From Planctomycetota bacterium (lineage in GTDB: Bacteria > Planctomycetota > SZUA-567 > H5-PLA8), in assembly GCA_038227875.1 (NCBI GenBank), contig JBBRPR010000009.1, positions 64,001 through 128,000 on the forward strand: DNA of 64,000 nucleotides, read 5' to 3'. Every line of letters begins with the position of its first letter. Position 1 is the first letter of the stretch. Position numbers and translations under genes: made by a program. Shown here one piece after another: positions 8,302 to 17,178 of this stretch. Below the pieces are notes generated by a model. The model had not been told where the DNA came from. It saw only the letters and a program-made list of their open reading frames with translations, and ran no database searches.

Positions 8302-10899
8302 CTACGTTGGCATGGAAACATAGAACTTCTGCCTGCCGATGACCAGGAAAATCAGGTGCGGGAACAGCGGTGCCCAGAGCGGCAGCAGCAGCGACTTGGC
8401 GCCTTCTTCAAAGAGGATATTTAACACCCAGTACGCCAGCGCGGCGAGAATGCTATAGCCGATGCCGGCCAGCGGTCCGCGGGTTTCATCCAGCAGCATC
8501 GGAATCGCAGTCCACAGCAGCAGCAGGCCCATCAATACTTCCGAGACGCGGCGCCACCAGTCGACGGCGAACTTGGATTTGATGCCACTGGCTTCGTTCA
8601 ATTCACTCAACCGCATCACGCCGGAGCCCAGGCGTTCGCTTTCGAGAAACGAAGGCGTGACCGTGCCGCTCCAGACCGCGAGGGGCGTCTTGGTGTTGCG
8701 CACCTGCACGACCTCGTTGCTCGCTTCGTCGGCTTCGCCTTCCATCTCCGGATTGATGTAGAAGCCGTGTTCGATCAGCGGCAGTACCTTGGTGACTTTG
8801 TTGTTCTGCTTGTGTTTCTGCGCTTCCAAGGCCTTGTTGGGATCGGTCTGCAGCCGCCAGCCCGTGCCGTTCCAGGAGGCGATATCGGCGACGATGCTGG
8901 GAATGCGCTTGCCCGATGGATCGAGGAGGAAGACGCGCAGGTCTTTTCCAGACTGTGAGGCTGACGTGTACTCGCTCATTTCAAAGACGACGGGATGCTT
9001 GTCGGCGTCTACGGTGTACAGCGCAATCGCGTTGGGCGAGGGCGTGCGATGATAAACCAGCGGCTTGAGATAATCGCGTTGCATGAGCAGCTGTGGCATG
9101 ACCGTTTCGCGCACGAGCGTGACGGCAGCAGAGAAGAGCAGCGTGAGAATCATGACTGGCCGAAACGCACGCTGGAGCGGCAGCCCGGCGGATTTCATGA
9201 TTAGATGCTCGTTGTTGCGGATCAGCACAAAGACGCAAAGCAATCCGGCCACCAGGATGACCAGCGGCAATAGGTCGCAGATCTGGCTCAGCGCACAGAT
9301 GCCGTAGTAGGAGACGGCGTCCACGATGGCTTGCGTACGCGCGCGCACCGGCACGCCCGGATTGGGATCGCCGGCCCTGACGATGCCTTCGACCACGTCG
9401 CCGCCGTGTTCGGCCAGATCGAACGCGGTGATGACCGAAACCAGTGTCAGCAGCACGATCAGGAGCGGCACGATGAACGATCCCGCCACGTAGCCGTCGG
9501 TCTTGCGGCGGAAGAGCAGCGCGCCGATACGGCGCAGGCCGATGATGGTATTCCAGATCATCAACGCGATATGGAGCAGATCTTCGCCGATCGTCGTCAG
9601 AATTGGCGGCAGTCCGCTCGATAGCGAACCGTGTTCGTACGTGAAGCACAGTGCGTATCCAGCAATGAACAGGAAGATATTGGGAAACCAGAGTGCGATC
9701 ATGCCGATCTTGCCGGCGAGGGCCATTTCTTTGCCAATCAGCATCATCGGGTAGTAGATCAGCGCGTAGATGACCAGTGAACTGAGCAATCCCACGAGGC
9801 GCTGGCTTTTTTTCACGAGCAGACCCAGTCCAATGCCGAGCATGGCCATGGTTAGCGGCATCAGGCTCATCGCGACCTTGCGCCAGCATTCGACGTTGTC
9901 GCTGTGTTCCTGATCGCGGGCGCCGCCGGAAGAGTAAATTGCGTCGGCAGAAATTCGCGTTTCGCTCCAGGTTCGCGCGTCCAGGAACGGTGCATCGGGC
10001 TGCGCATATCCGCCGCCGACGACGCACGCGGAGAAATCCGCGGCGCGGTCGAGCATGAACAGGTTGCGGCGCTTGTAGTTCTTACGGATGGTTACGGCGG
10101 CGTTGTAATTCTCCAGCCAGCCGATCTGCCCGCGCGATTTGCCCAGGTCGAGCATGCTGGCGATGGGTGGCTGCGGAATTTCCATGGTCACTTCGTCGAA
10201 ATACGCCGGCGAATCGCCCAGCCGCTGGGCCTTGGTCAGTGTCAGACGCAGGATGCTTTCGCCATCGCGGACCACCGGATCGTACGTGAAGTCACTGGCC
10301 AGCACCGTTTGCGCCACCTGCTGATTCTGGAAGATCGCGATGTGAATCGGGCGGTGTGACGTGTGAGTTTTAGGATCGGTGACCAACGGCAGACAATTGA
10401 TGTGGGCGGTTGCGCCGTTTTCAGACTGGAAGGACAGGCTGGCGCCGGGAGTACTCAGGATGTCGAAGAATTTCTTGGGATCGTTGACCTTGAGGATTTC
10501 ATTGCGGATCATCGAATTGCCCCACGCCAGTCCCCACTGGTTGTTGAACAAACAGAACAGGGACAGCAGCGCGCCGCTTAAAATCACCGGCACGGTCATC
10601 GCGCGCAGCGGTGCGCCGCCGGCCTGCGCGGCGAGCAACTCGTCGTCGGCGGACAGCCGGCTGAAGACCATGGTCGCGGAAATGAGCGTGGCCATGGGAA
10701 TCGACCAGCCCAGCGTTTTGGGAATCAGGAATGGAAAGAGCAGCGCGATCTTGCTGCCCTGGCTGTATTCGTTCTGAATCTGGAAAAGAGTGACGATGAG
10801 GATCATCATCGTGCAGGCGGCGACGGCGAGTGCGAAAATGATGATGAATTCGCGCAGGATGTAGCGCTGCAGCGTGCGGCCGCGGAAAATATTCAACAT
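8302..10899 (-). CDS. Fused LptF/LptG LPS export ABC permease
   Basis: Two tandem LptF/G units: LQRYILREF...RLSADDELLAAQAGG and TDGYVAGSF...IRNNEHLIMKSAGL; 865 aa. Confidence 0.85.
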   Translation of the reverse strand: MLNIFRGRTLQRYILREFIIIFALAVAACTMMILIVTLFQIQNEYSQGSKIALLFPFLIPKTLGWSIPMATLISATMVFSRLSADDELLAAQAGGAPLRAMTVPVILSGALLSLFCLFNNQWGLAWGNSMIRNEILKVNDPKKFFDILSTPGASLSFQSENGATAHINCLPLVTDPKTHTSHRPIHIAIFQNQQVAQTVLASDFTYDPVVRDGESILRLTLTKAQRLGDSPAYFDEVTMEIPQPPIASMLDLGKSRGQIGWLENYNAAVTIRKNYKRRNLFMLDRAADFSACVVGGGYAQPDAPFLDARTWSETRISADAIYSSGGARDQEHSDNVECWRKVAMSLMPLTMAMLGIGLGLLVKKSQRLVGLLSSLVIYALIYYPMMLIGKEMALAGKIGMIALWFPNIFLFIAGYALCFTYEHGSLSSGLPPILTTIGEDLLHIALMIWNTIIGLRRIGALLFRRKTDGYVAGSFIVPLLIVLLTLVSVITAFDLAEHGGDVVEGIVRAGDPNPGVPVRARTQAIVDAVSYYGICALSQICDLLPLVILVAGLLCVFVLIRNNEHLIMKSAGLPLQRAFRPVMILTLLFSAAVTLVRETVMPQLLMQRDYLKPLVYHRTPSPNAIALYTVDADKHPVVFEMSEYTSASQSGKDLRVFLLDPSGKRIPSIVADIASWNGTGWRLQTDPNKALEAQKHKQNNKVTKVLPLIEHGFYINPEMEGEADEASNEVVQVRNTKTPLAVWSGTVTPSFLESERLGSGVMRLSELNEASGIKSKFAVDWWRRVSEVLMGLLLLWTAIPMLLDETRGPLAGIGYSILAALAYWVLNILFEEGAKSLLLPLWAPLFPHLIFLVIGRQKFYVSMPT

Positions 10900-11132
10900 G
10901 CGGCGGCAGTTCCGTTCCGGCGTGCGGAATGTAAGAAGCGCAAGTCGTTCATTCTGCCGCGGGGCATGCGAAAAAATCCAACCGTCATGAAGTTCATCAA
11001 GACCTGTTTTCCGACGGATTCTTGTACCGCATCAACCCTAAAATGGTACGTACTTTTCGACGTGAGGAATCAGGAACGTTGCGGGTTAGACGCGCGGTTT
11101 GATCGAGACTTCATAAGTGTCTTCTTTTACCA

Positions 11133-11150
11133 CCCGGCAAATTTGCCGGG
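11133..11150. repeat. Perfect 18-bp palindrome with GCAAATTTGC core
   Basis: cccggcaaatttgccggg. Confidence 0.8.
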
Positions 11151-11157
11151 AGGCAGG

Positions 11158-13698
11158 CTACGGCTTCACGGGCGAGAGCTCCGCAGGCAGTGGAACCAGC
11201 CCGCCGCTCGTCCCGGCCTGAAGCGCGTAGAGGTTGCGCTGGGAGGCGTAGTAAAGCACGCAATTGGCGATGGCCGGCGAACCCACGATGTCGGCATTGC
11301 CGAGATTCTCGGCAATAATGTGTTTTTCCCTGCCGTGCGCGAAGACCATCACGCCACCGTCGTGAAGTCCTATATAAACTTTGCCATCGGCGATCAGCGG
11401 GGAGCTCCACACCGGATGCTTGGCGGTGTGGCGCCAGAGCAGGGCGCCGGTCTCGGCGTCGAAGCAGTAGATGTTCCCGACGGCGTCGCCGGTGTAGAGA
11501 ATGTCGTCGGCGATGGCGACGGTGCAGGAACTGGAACGAATTTCGTCATAGGACCAGATTTTCGCGGAGCTGGTGACATCGCCACTCTGGGTGGCGTCGA
11601 TACAGACCAGGCGTCCAGGACCGGCCGACGGACCGCTGCGGGCCAGGTCATTACCGATCGCGACGTAGACGCGGTTTTTGTAGAAGACCGGCGTGCCGAT
11701 GATTTCGGCATGGTTGATACGCTCACTCAGGCAGTTGAATTTCCAGACGCAAGTGAGATCAGCGGCCGCGCCGTTTGAGGCGGGCGTGAAATCTGGATCA
11801 AAGGCGTAGCAGGTGCCGTTGCCGCCGCCGTAGATCAGCAGGTCTTTACCGTTGATGTTGCCCAGCGTCGGCGAGGCGTGAGCGCCGTGAAATGTGTGCG
11901 CGAAAATATCTTCGCGGTCCCGCGCCAGCAATTTTCCGGTGGCCTTGTCGAGGACGATGAGGCTGGGGGAATCGAAGGTGGTCTTGCCGGATTTGGCCAT
12001 CCATGCATCGATTTTCTTGGCGGAGCTCTCGTCGCCAAAATACGGATCGCTGCGCACGGAGGTCGTGCCCACGAACAGGTTGTTCCCGCGGATCAGCACG
12101 GCAGAATTGAGCGCGTTGAACGGATACGCGTTGACTTCGCGCATGAGATCGAAGCGCCAGACGATGTCCGCATCGAATGGCGTGAGCGTCGCGGGTGTGC
12201 CAGGCGTGCATTCGAAAACGTGGCGGCCTTCGGGCGTGATCTCGGACTGCTCGATCGTTCGTCCTCGCGCAAAGTAGTGCGCTTCATCTTGAAACGGTCC
12301 TTGATTGCCCTTGGCCAATCCGTCGGTGGTCAGGCAGAGCACGTCGCCGAGATGGTTGCAGGTGTAGAGGCGGTCGCCTTCGACGGTGGGGGTGGCACAG
12401 TTGCCGTAACTGCGTTTGTTGTAGAGTGCGGGAATGTACGGCGAGACCATGCGCCAGAGCAGTTTTCCCGACGCTTCGTCGAAACACCAGAGCAGCGCGT
12501 CTTCCTTGCCGCCTTCGATGTCTTCACCTCCAATGAATACTTTTCCGCCGGCGATCACCGGGCTGCCAAGCGTGCGCTTGGACAGCGGCACGACCCACTT
12601 CACATTTTTCAGGCCTTCCGTTTTTGTTGCCGTGACCGCTTCAAATTCCGACGGCAACCCCTTCTCGTTCCAAACCATGTTACGGTCGGTTGCTCCGCAC
12701 CATTGCGTCCAATCGCCAGTGCGTTTGGCTTCAGGGGGCGCTGTCGGAGCTGTGTTCTTATCGAGCGCTACATTGTGTGTGGTGTGAGCGTGGGCACGCG
12801 GCGTGTGTTGCAGCGCCGCAACAGTGCAGATTGCAAGCACTAGCACGCTGCTCGACCCGAGCAGTGCATGACGGTAGCGCAGCGAAAGGCCGATCAGTCC
12901 CTCCACCATGATGAGCAGTGCGCAGACGACGATGATCTCGGTGTTGAGATATGCAAAAACATCGAAGGCCTGTTCGCGCACGAATAGCTGCTCGATCAGC
13001 GGAATGAAAACTCCGGCCATAACGAGCATGCGTCCCGCAGCGACGCGGCGGGTGAAGCTTAGGAGCGCTCCCACGGCGCACAATCCCAGCGCCAGTAACG
13101 CTACCAAGACGGGACTCGCGGGCCTTTCGGAACTTGAACCGGCAAGTTCGCTGAACGCTCCAAATGACGAAAGTCCCACGATCAGCAGTGCACTGAATCC
13201 TTGCACGACACTGCCGTTGGGATTGGACGTTGAACGTTCACGTACGCCGGTGGCGAGCGTGAAGAGCAGCAAAGCAATCAGCGCGGCAGCGTGGATCCAG
13301 ATTCCAGATGCCGCAAAAGGTTGAAAGCCGGTCCACGCAACCGGATTTGCTTTGGTCAAATGGAGGTAGAAGGCAAGGACTGCTCCTGACGCCGCAAAAA
13401 GAATGCTGCGCTGAATGCCGCGCAATTTCAGCGCAGCGAAGAGCTCCAGCAGGCCGGCGACCCACACCACAACCATGATGACTTTGAATGGCAGCGTGTA
13501 AAACGTGCTGAAGAAAGAGAAGGACCAGAGAAATTTCTCGTCGCTGCCGCCCCACGGAATAAGAAATGTTGCAAAGATCAGCAGGCCGCAAATGGCGCAC
13601 GTCCAGTTCACTGCTGTCGAATCGTTTTCCCGCACTTTGGCTGGAAAATTCGCTTCTATTCCTGCGTTCTCGCCGACGCTGCTTACGTTGCTGCTCAA
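11158..13698 (-). CDS. Multi-TM protein fused to a PQQ/BamB-like beta-propeller
   Basis: About 290-aa hydrophobic N-terminus; DWTQW, SPVIAGGKVF, TPTVEGDRLY, DAETGALLW, SSPLIADGKVY repeats. Confidence 0.85.
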   Translation of the reverse strand: MSSNVSSVGENAGIEANFPAKVRENDSTAVNWTCAICGLLIFATFLIPWGGSDEKFLWSFSFFSTFYTLPFKVIMVVVWVAGLLELFAALKLRGIQRSILFAASGAVLAFYLHLTKANPVAWTGFQPFAASGIWIHAAALIALLLFTLATGVRERSTSNPNGSVVQGFSALLIVGLSSFGAFSELAGSSSERPASPVLVALLALGLCAVGALLSFTRRVAAGRMLVMAGVFIPLIEQLFVREQAFDVFAYLNTEIIVVCALLIMVEGLIGLSLRYRHALLGSSSVLVLAICTVAALQHTPRAHAHTTHNVALDKNTAPTAPPEAKRTGDWTQWCGATDRNMVWNEKGLPSEFEAVTATKTEGLKNVKWVVPLSKRTLGSPVIAGGKVFIGGEDIEGGKEDALLWCFDEASGKLLWRMVSPYIPALYNKRSYGNCATPTVEGDRLYTCNHLGDVLCLTTDGLAKGNQGPFQDEAHYFARGRTIEQSEITPEGRHVFECTPGTPATLTPFDADIVWRFDLMREVNAYPFNALNSAVLIRGNNLFVGTTSVRSDPYFGDESSAKKIDAWMAKSGKTTFDSPSLIVLDKATGKLLARDREDIFAHTFHGAHASPTLGNINGKDLLIYGGGNGTCYAFDPDFTPASNGAAADLTCVWKFNCLSERINHAEIIGTPVFYKNRVYVAIGNDLARSGPSAGPGRLVCIDATQSGDVTSSAKIWSYDEIRSSSCTVAIADDILYTGDAVGNIYCFDAETGALLWRHTAKHPVWSSPLIADGKVYIGLHDGGVMVFAHGREKHIIAENLGNADIVGSPAIANCVLYYASQRNLYALQAGTSGGLVPLPAELSPVKP

Positions 13699-13764
13699 AT
13701 TCGACTGATCCCCGTAAAGGTAAAATCTATTTGCGAATGCGGACGCGATAGTATTCTCGCCACT

Positions 13765-13911
13765 TCAATAAATCGCGATTAATGAACGCTTTGTAATAAT
13801 TATTTGGAGTGATTCGAAATCACGAAATAACAAAAATAATTTGTCTCATTTCTGGTAATTGAATTATTTGAAATGATACAAAATCAATCTGTATTACATC
13901 AAATATATTAT
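13765..13911. promoter_or_regulatory. Very AT-rich intergenic tract with dyad gtgatt-cga-aatcac (13809-13823)
   Basis: Abrupt compositional shift upstream of the propeller gene; dyad read directly. Confidence 0.45.
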
Positions 13912-15018
13912 TTAATTCGCAGCAGCGCTGCCGTTCTGGGGCTGGCGGCGGCGCAAGCTGTGATCGCAACTGGTGAGCACGACTTCCGGCTTGACCCACG
14001 TGAGGCACGCGCGGTCAGTGCGTTCACAGGTGGTCTTCCAGCAGGGGTGGCAATCCACGCCGCCGGTCTGGATGCGGTGCATGCTGCCGTAGGGACCGTT
14101 GCGCAGCGGATCCGTCGCGCCGAAGATCGCAACCGAATTTACTTTCAGTGCGACGGCCAGATGCAGCGGGCCGGTATCGTTGCCGACAAACAACACGGCT
14201 TGCGACGTCAGTGCGGCAAGTTTGCGCAGATCGGTTTCGGGACAGAGGTACGCCTTGTCGCCGGCGATGCCACAGATGGTTTTGCCGGAGGCCAGTTCGT
14301 CGGCGCCAGCCCAGGTCACCAGTGACGGCAGATTGTGCTGCTCCATCAGCCCTTTCGCCACAAGTCCGAACGATTCCGGTGGCCAGCGCTTGGTAAACCA
14401 CGTCGCACCCGGATTGATGATGCAGTAGGGCCGCGCCAGTCCGGCGTCGTCGATCAGTCCGCACGACTTGAGAAACGGCAGCATCTCCTGCTTCTCAGCG
14501 GCGTATGAGGGCATCGCCCAATCGGGCTTGTTGGGCAGTTCCACGTTGAGTGGTTTGAGCAGCGAGAGATTTTTCTCGACGACGTGAACGGCCTCTTCCG
14601 GCGGAGAGACACGTTCGGTGGTGAAGACGCGGTTGAGTTCCCGGCTTTCGTCGCCCTTGAAACCAATGCGCCGTTTCGCGCCGCTCCACCACGAGACCAG
14701 CCCGCTCTTGGCCAGGCCTTGCAGGTCGATCGATGTTTCATAGCCAACCGCACCCAATTCCTTGCGGAAGGTGCTCAGGCTTTTCATGCGCGTCATCAGC
14801 GTTCCCGAGCCGCGCTTGAAGGCCTTGCGTGGAAAGACGTGAAAACGGTCGACCATCGGATGGTCTTTGAGCAGCGAATAGCCCATGTCCTCGATTGCCC
14901 AGCCGATTTCCGCCGACGGGAAATGACGCCGCAGCGCCACCAGCGTCGGGATGGCGTGGAGGCAATCTCCTAGTGCGGAGAGCCGGACGAGCAAAATTTT
15001 AGGACTGCCGCCAATCAT
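13912..15018 (-). CDS. Glycosyltransferase family 9 (LPS heptosyltransferase WaaC/WaaF-like)
   Basis: ILLVRLSALGD, IDLQGLAKS, NPGATW.TKRWP, VGNDTGPLHLA, IFGAT. Confidence 0.93.
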   Translation of the reverse strand: MIGGSPKILLVRLSALGDCLHAIPTLVALRRHFPSAEIGWAIEDMGYSLLKDHPMVDRFHVFPRKAFKRGSGTLMTRMKSLSTFRKELGAVGYETSIDLQGLAKSGLVSWWSGAKRRIGFKGDESRELNRVFTTERVSPPEEAVHVVEKNLSLLKPLNVELPNKPDWAMPSYAAEKQEMLPFLKSCGLIDDAGLARPYCIINPGATWFTKRWPPESFGLVAKGLMEQHNLPSLVTWAGADELASGKTICGIAGDKAYLCPETDLRKLAALTSQAVLFVGNDTGPLHLAVALKVNSVAIFGATDPLRNGPYGSMHRIQTGGVDCHPCWKTTCERTDRACLTWVKPEVVLTSCDHSLRRRQPQNGSAAAN

Positions 15019-16139
15019 TGTTTCGTGTTCACCAATTCCCGGTACGCGTTCAGCACCCCATCTACCATACGCTCAGCCGAAAATTTTGCGCGTGCGTTCT
15101 GCGCCGCGGCCTGGCCCATCTTCCTGCACAGTTCCCGGTCGCGGGCAAGAGCTTCCATCCCTTTTGCCATCGCCACGGTATCACCGATCTCCGTAGTGAC
15201 GCCGCTGACTCCGTCGTCCACAATCTCCACCATGCCACCGGCCTTTGTGATCACGGCCGGAAGTCCGGCGGCCTGGGCTTCAATCAGCGCCGTGCAGAGC
15301 CCTTCGGCTTCGCTGGCGAAAATCGCGGCATTGCTGGCCGACCAGACCGGGCGCAGATCCTGCACAAATCCCAGGAAATGCACGCGATCATTCAGCCCCG
15401 CCTGCCGCACACTTTCGTGCAGCGTCTGCTCCAGCTTTCCCGTTCCAGCAATGAGCAGCTGAACGTCCGGAACAGCCGACAGCGCGCGAAGTATGTCCTG
15501 CTGGCGCTTTTCGCTGGTCAACGCGGCTGCATGGGCGAGCACAAACGCATCCGCAGCAATGCCCAGCCTTTCGCGCAGCGCTTTGCCTTCCATTCCGGCC
15601 GCTGCCATTTCTGGAAATTCCATGCCGCTGAAGACCACGCGGATCGAATCGTCGGAAATGCCATCGGCCAGCAGTCGTTCCCGCACTGCCGCACTGATCG
15701 CGATAATCCTATCCACTCGGCCCTGATATTTCCACCGACCCTTTAAGGCAAATACGGTGCGGCGGTGGACGACGAGTTTAAGGTTCGTGCGAGGATGGAA
15801 CCACGCCGCGAACTTCGCCGGCAGTACGGCGTGCCCGTCATGGGCGTGGAGTACATCCGGCTTTTCCCGGCGCAGTAACCGTGCCAGCCGCGCCGTGCCG
15901 ACCAGATCCAATTCGCCAGACGGATGAATCGCGCCGGTCGGGATGCCTGCGGAGCGACAACGTTCCAGCAGCGGAGCGTTGCGCGGTGCGATCACCAGCG
16001 CCCGCTGTCCGCGCGCGATCAAGCCGCGGGCCAGCAGCCAGATCTGATTTTCGCCGCCGCGCCACGATTTTGCCGTCGAAAGATGTATCGAATAAATCGG
16101 TTGCACACTCGGCGTAAATCTACGGCACGCGGCCGGCAT
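15015..16139 (-). CDS. Glycosyltransferase family 4
   Basis: WRGGENQ, PDVLHAH, EKRQ, SEAEGLCTALIEAQAAGLP (EX7E). Confidence 0.92.
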   Translation of the reverse strand: MPAACRRFTPSVQPIYSIHLSTAKSWRGGENQIWLLARGLIARGQRALVIAPRNAPLLERCRSAGIPTGAIHPSGELDLVGTARLARLLRREKPDVLHAHDGHAVLPAKFAAWFHPRTNLKLVVHRRTVFALKGRWKYQGRVDRIIAISAAVRERLLADGISDDSIRVVFSGMEFPEMAAAGMEGKALRERLGIAADAFVLAHAAALTSEKRQQDILRALSAVPDVQLLIAGTGKLEQTLHESVRQAGLNDRVHFLGFVQDLRPVWSASNAAIFASEAEGLCTALIEAQAAGLPAVITKAGGMVEIVDDGVSGVTTEIGDTVAMAKGMEALARDRELCRKMGQAAAQNARAKFSAERMVDGVLNAYRELVNTKQ

Positions 16140-16315
16140 TTAAAGGGAAAGTTCAACTCTCATGTGCGTATAGCGCGCACGTAATTTGAACGGAAATGCT
16201 GAAATACATTCTGAATCGCACCGTCATACCGGTTGAAGCGCTTCCTGAGACAAAGATGGGCCCAGTGCCGCCTGAGCGGCAACGGGTTCGCGGATCTTTT
16301 CCACGGAGGTGTTTC

Positions 16316-16750
16316 ATGCCCGGCCAGGAACGTTCGCTTTCGTACAAACTCGCGCTGCTTACGCGCTACGTCATCATCGCCTTATTTGGCGTCCTCGTCT
16401 TCAGCGGTCTTTCCGGAGAACACGACGCGGGGCAACTGCACGCCTCCGGCATCGCGGCGGCGCCGGGCCATCTGTGCTTCAATGTGAAGGCCAGCCAGCG
16501 CTTCTATGTAGTCGACACGGTCGCCAGCCCCCGGCGCATCTGCGTCTATTCGCTCAACACCGACGAACTGCGCTTGGTCAGCGCGCGGCGGATCGAGACC
16601 GACCTGAACATTTTCGATGGCAGCATCAAAGCTCCACGAGCGATCGAAGGCGGCAACGGCGTCACCGCCGAAGAAGCCGAACGGTACTTGAATACCATCA
16701 AGCAGGATCCCGAAGTTAAAAAAGCAGCGGCTCCGAAATACGACAAATAG
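16316..16750 (+). CDS. Hypothetical exported protein (paralog A)
   Basis: GGAGG RBS before ATG 16316; N-terminal TM; FYVVDT...ICVYSL...LRLVSARRIETDL motif shared with the next gene. Confidence 0.7.
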   Translation: MPGQERSLSYKLALLTRYVIIALFGVLVFSGLSGEHDAGQLHASGIAAAPGHLCFNVKASQRFYVVDTVASPRRICVYSLNTDELRLVSARRIETDLNIFDGSIKAPRAIEGGNGVTAEEAERYLNTIKQDPEVKKAAAPKYDK

Positions 16751-16775
16751 CTCCCATTAAATGGAGAACCTGAAC

Positions 16776-17162
16776 ATGAATTCTTTCAGTACGTTCAATG
16801 CCTGGGCGCTCAACGTTGCACTCCTGATTGCCCTGATCGGCGCGGGTGCCACGGCGCATCTGCGTTCGAAAGCGAATGCGGCCGGCGGCGGCTGGGCCAC
16901 CGACGGGATCATGGCTAATTCGATCGACGGTGATAACGATCGCGTGGTCGTGATCGATACGGATAAAAAGCAGATCGCCGTTTATAAGATTCAAGGCACC
17001 GGCCAGTTCCGATTGATCAGCGCTCGCGACTACAAGTACGACATGCTGCTGGAAGACACGTCCGGCGTCTCGGAGATCGAAACACGGAACGGCATCACTG
17101 CGATGCGTGCTCACGAGCTCTGGGAAGAGCACCGCAATCGCAATGCATCGCAGCATCCGTAG
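16776..17162 (+). CDS. Hypothetical exported protein (paralog B)
   Basis: N-terminal TM; VVVIDT...IAVYKI...FRLISARDYKYDM motif; alternative start 16761. Confidence 0.7.
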   Translation: MNSFSTFNAWALNVALLIALIGAGATAHLRSKANAAGGGWATDGIMANSIDGDNDRVVVIDTDKKQIAVYKIQGTGQFRLISARDYKYDMLLEDTSGVSEIETRNGITAMRAHELWEEHRNRNASQHP

Positions 17163-17178
17163 CAACCTTGGACGAAGA

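Noticed and set aside
13765..13911. Replication origin unwinding element
   Set aside because: No DnaA-box cluster (TTATCCACA) recognised and no dnaA/dnaN nearby.
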